Shown piece by piece: positions 62,910 to 64,000 of a stretch of DNA of 64,000 nt. The notes beneath the pieces are model-generated. The model ran no database searches and was not told where the DNA came from. It worked only from the letters and a program-made list of their open reading frames with translations. Position 1 is the stretch's first letter; every line of letters starts with the position of its first letter. Both the position numbers and the translations under genes were made by a program. Source of the DNA: Octopus sinensis. Its lineage: Eukaryota. Location: positions 110,856,001 through 110,920,000 of the forward strand of contig NC_042997.1 in the NCBI RefSeq assembly GCF_006345805.1, given 5' to 3'.

Positions 62910-63540
62910 CTTCGCGTGTGTGTGTGTGTATATATATAAACAAAGTAAGCGTTGGAAGTGTGTATGTTCCTTCATTCCAAAACCGAGTTTTGCCGATTTT
63001 GACGAGGCTTTTCGCTATACCGACTAAACTAATATTTTCATTTACGTAAATTCGTGACAATCCAAAACACTGACCAACATTATGATGCGAGATTATTGTG
63101 GGTCCACGCGAACAGAGGATCATCTTCACTAACACTGCCTGATATTTCGGTGAGAATCGGGGCGCTAACCATAACAAAATCTTCATTGTCGGGGACTTGA
63201 GTTGAAGTAATTTCACAAATTAAGGATTTCATGGCCTTTATTTTTCCGTCCTCAATCTCCATAACGTTAAGAAGAAACTAAACGCTGGACATCTGCTTCT
63301 AATCGAACAGGTAAACCGTATATTAATTAGTCTATCGATATTGGATAACCCTATTAAGGGCATATATGACATTAATTGAGCTTGTTTTAATATCTCGTTA
63401 CAGCAAGTAAAGCAATAAGCACACCATTTGACCGGTCGTAACTTTTTTAGTTTTTGGTATTTTCAGAATTTTTGTTCGAATTTGTGTTTTACAAAATCTA
63501 AAATTGTTTTATCAACGCCATCCCGCCTCTGAAATTCTCA
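62910..63540. promoter_or_regulatory. CpG-retaining unique segment, possible (bidirectional) promoter or first-exon region
   Basis: CpG density above the CpG-depleted background. Donor-like CAG|GTAAAC at 63311 (+) and TTG|GTCAGT at 63074 (-). Confidence 0.3.
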
Positions 63541-64000
63541 AAATCGGAGGGTAATTTGGGACAAAGAAAAGCGATCACTTGGAAGACATGAATAGAAGAT
63601 TATTTGAATAAACAAAATAATTATTTGGGACAAATTAAAAAAAAAAAAAGAATCGATTAGAAACAAACCAAAAAGGGGTATTTTAGGGTAAATTTTAAAA
63701 GAGAATAATACGGCGATCTGGGACAAACTAAAAAAAGCAATCATTTGTGGGAAATAGTTTTTATACTGAAGCTAAAAATAGTTACAACTGGTGAAATATC
63801 TGTTTTGCAAAATAAATAAAAAACATTAAAAGATGACGAAAATATAATCAGAGAGGGAAGAAAATAACAAAAAACAGCCCCAAATGTGACTTGGAAAAAA
63901 AAAACGTCACAGTACATGAAAGTATTTTTAATTAATTATTTTTAAGTAGCTTGTTAATTAAATTGTACATGGTGACACTAATTAATATAACGGTTTTAGA

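Overview
AT-rich, repeat-dense eukaryotic genomic DNA. The SINE/LINE families and (TA)n/(CA)n load look like an octopus (coleoid cephalopod) genome; this is an inference from recalled repeat families, not a database result. One host gene is clear: a + strand UDP-galactose transporter (SLC35A2) with coding exons at 18943-19277 and 29040-29660; its first exon could not be located. The rest is mostly tRNA-derived SINEs, RTE/CR1/HERO LINE debris, a 5'-truncated GC-rich Tx1/L1-type LINE (57586-60511), Tc1/mariner/maT/Tigger relics, MITEs and a small Helitron. The main unexplained signal is a set of minimal type I hammerhead ribozyme (HHR) motifs from about six unrelated sequence families, nearly all in inverted or tandem repeats typical of Penelope-like elements (PLEs). 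The most frequent family fuses a Pol III tRNA-like SINE head to an HHR-bearing PLE-type terminal repeat. It inserts as TSD-flanked head-to-head palindromes in which only one arm carries a ~30-nt tail, suggesting a ribozyme-carrying SINE mobilised by Penelope-like retroelements. A second theme is near-perfect inverted duplication of flanking DNA, often at (TA)n tracts and around the Tx1 insertion. All coordinates and alignments were read by eye.
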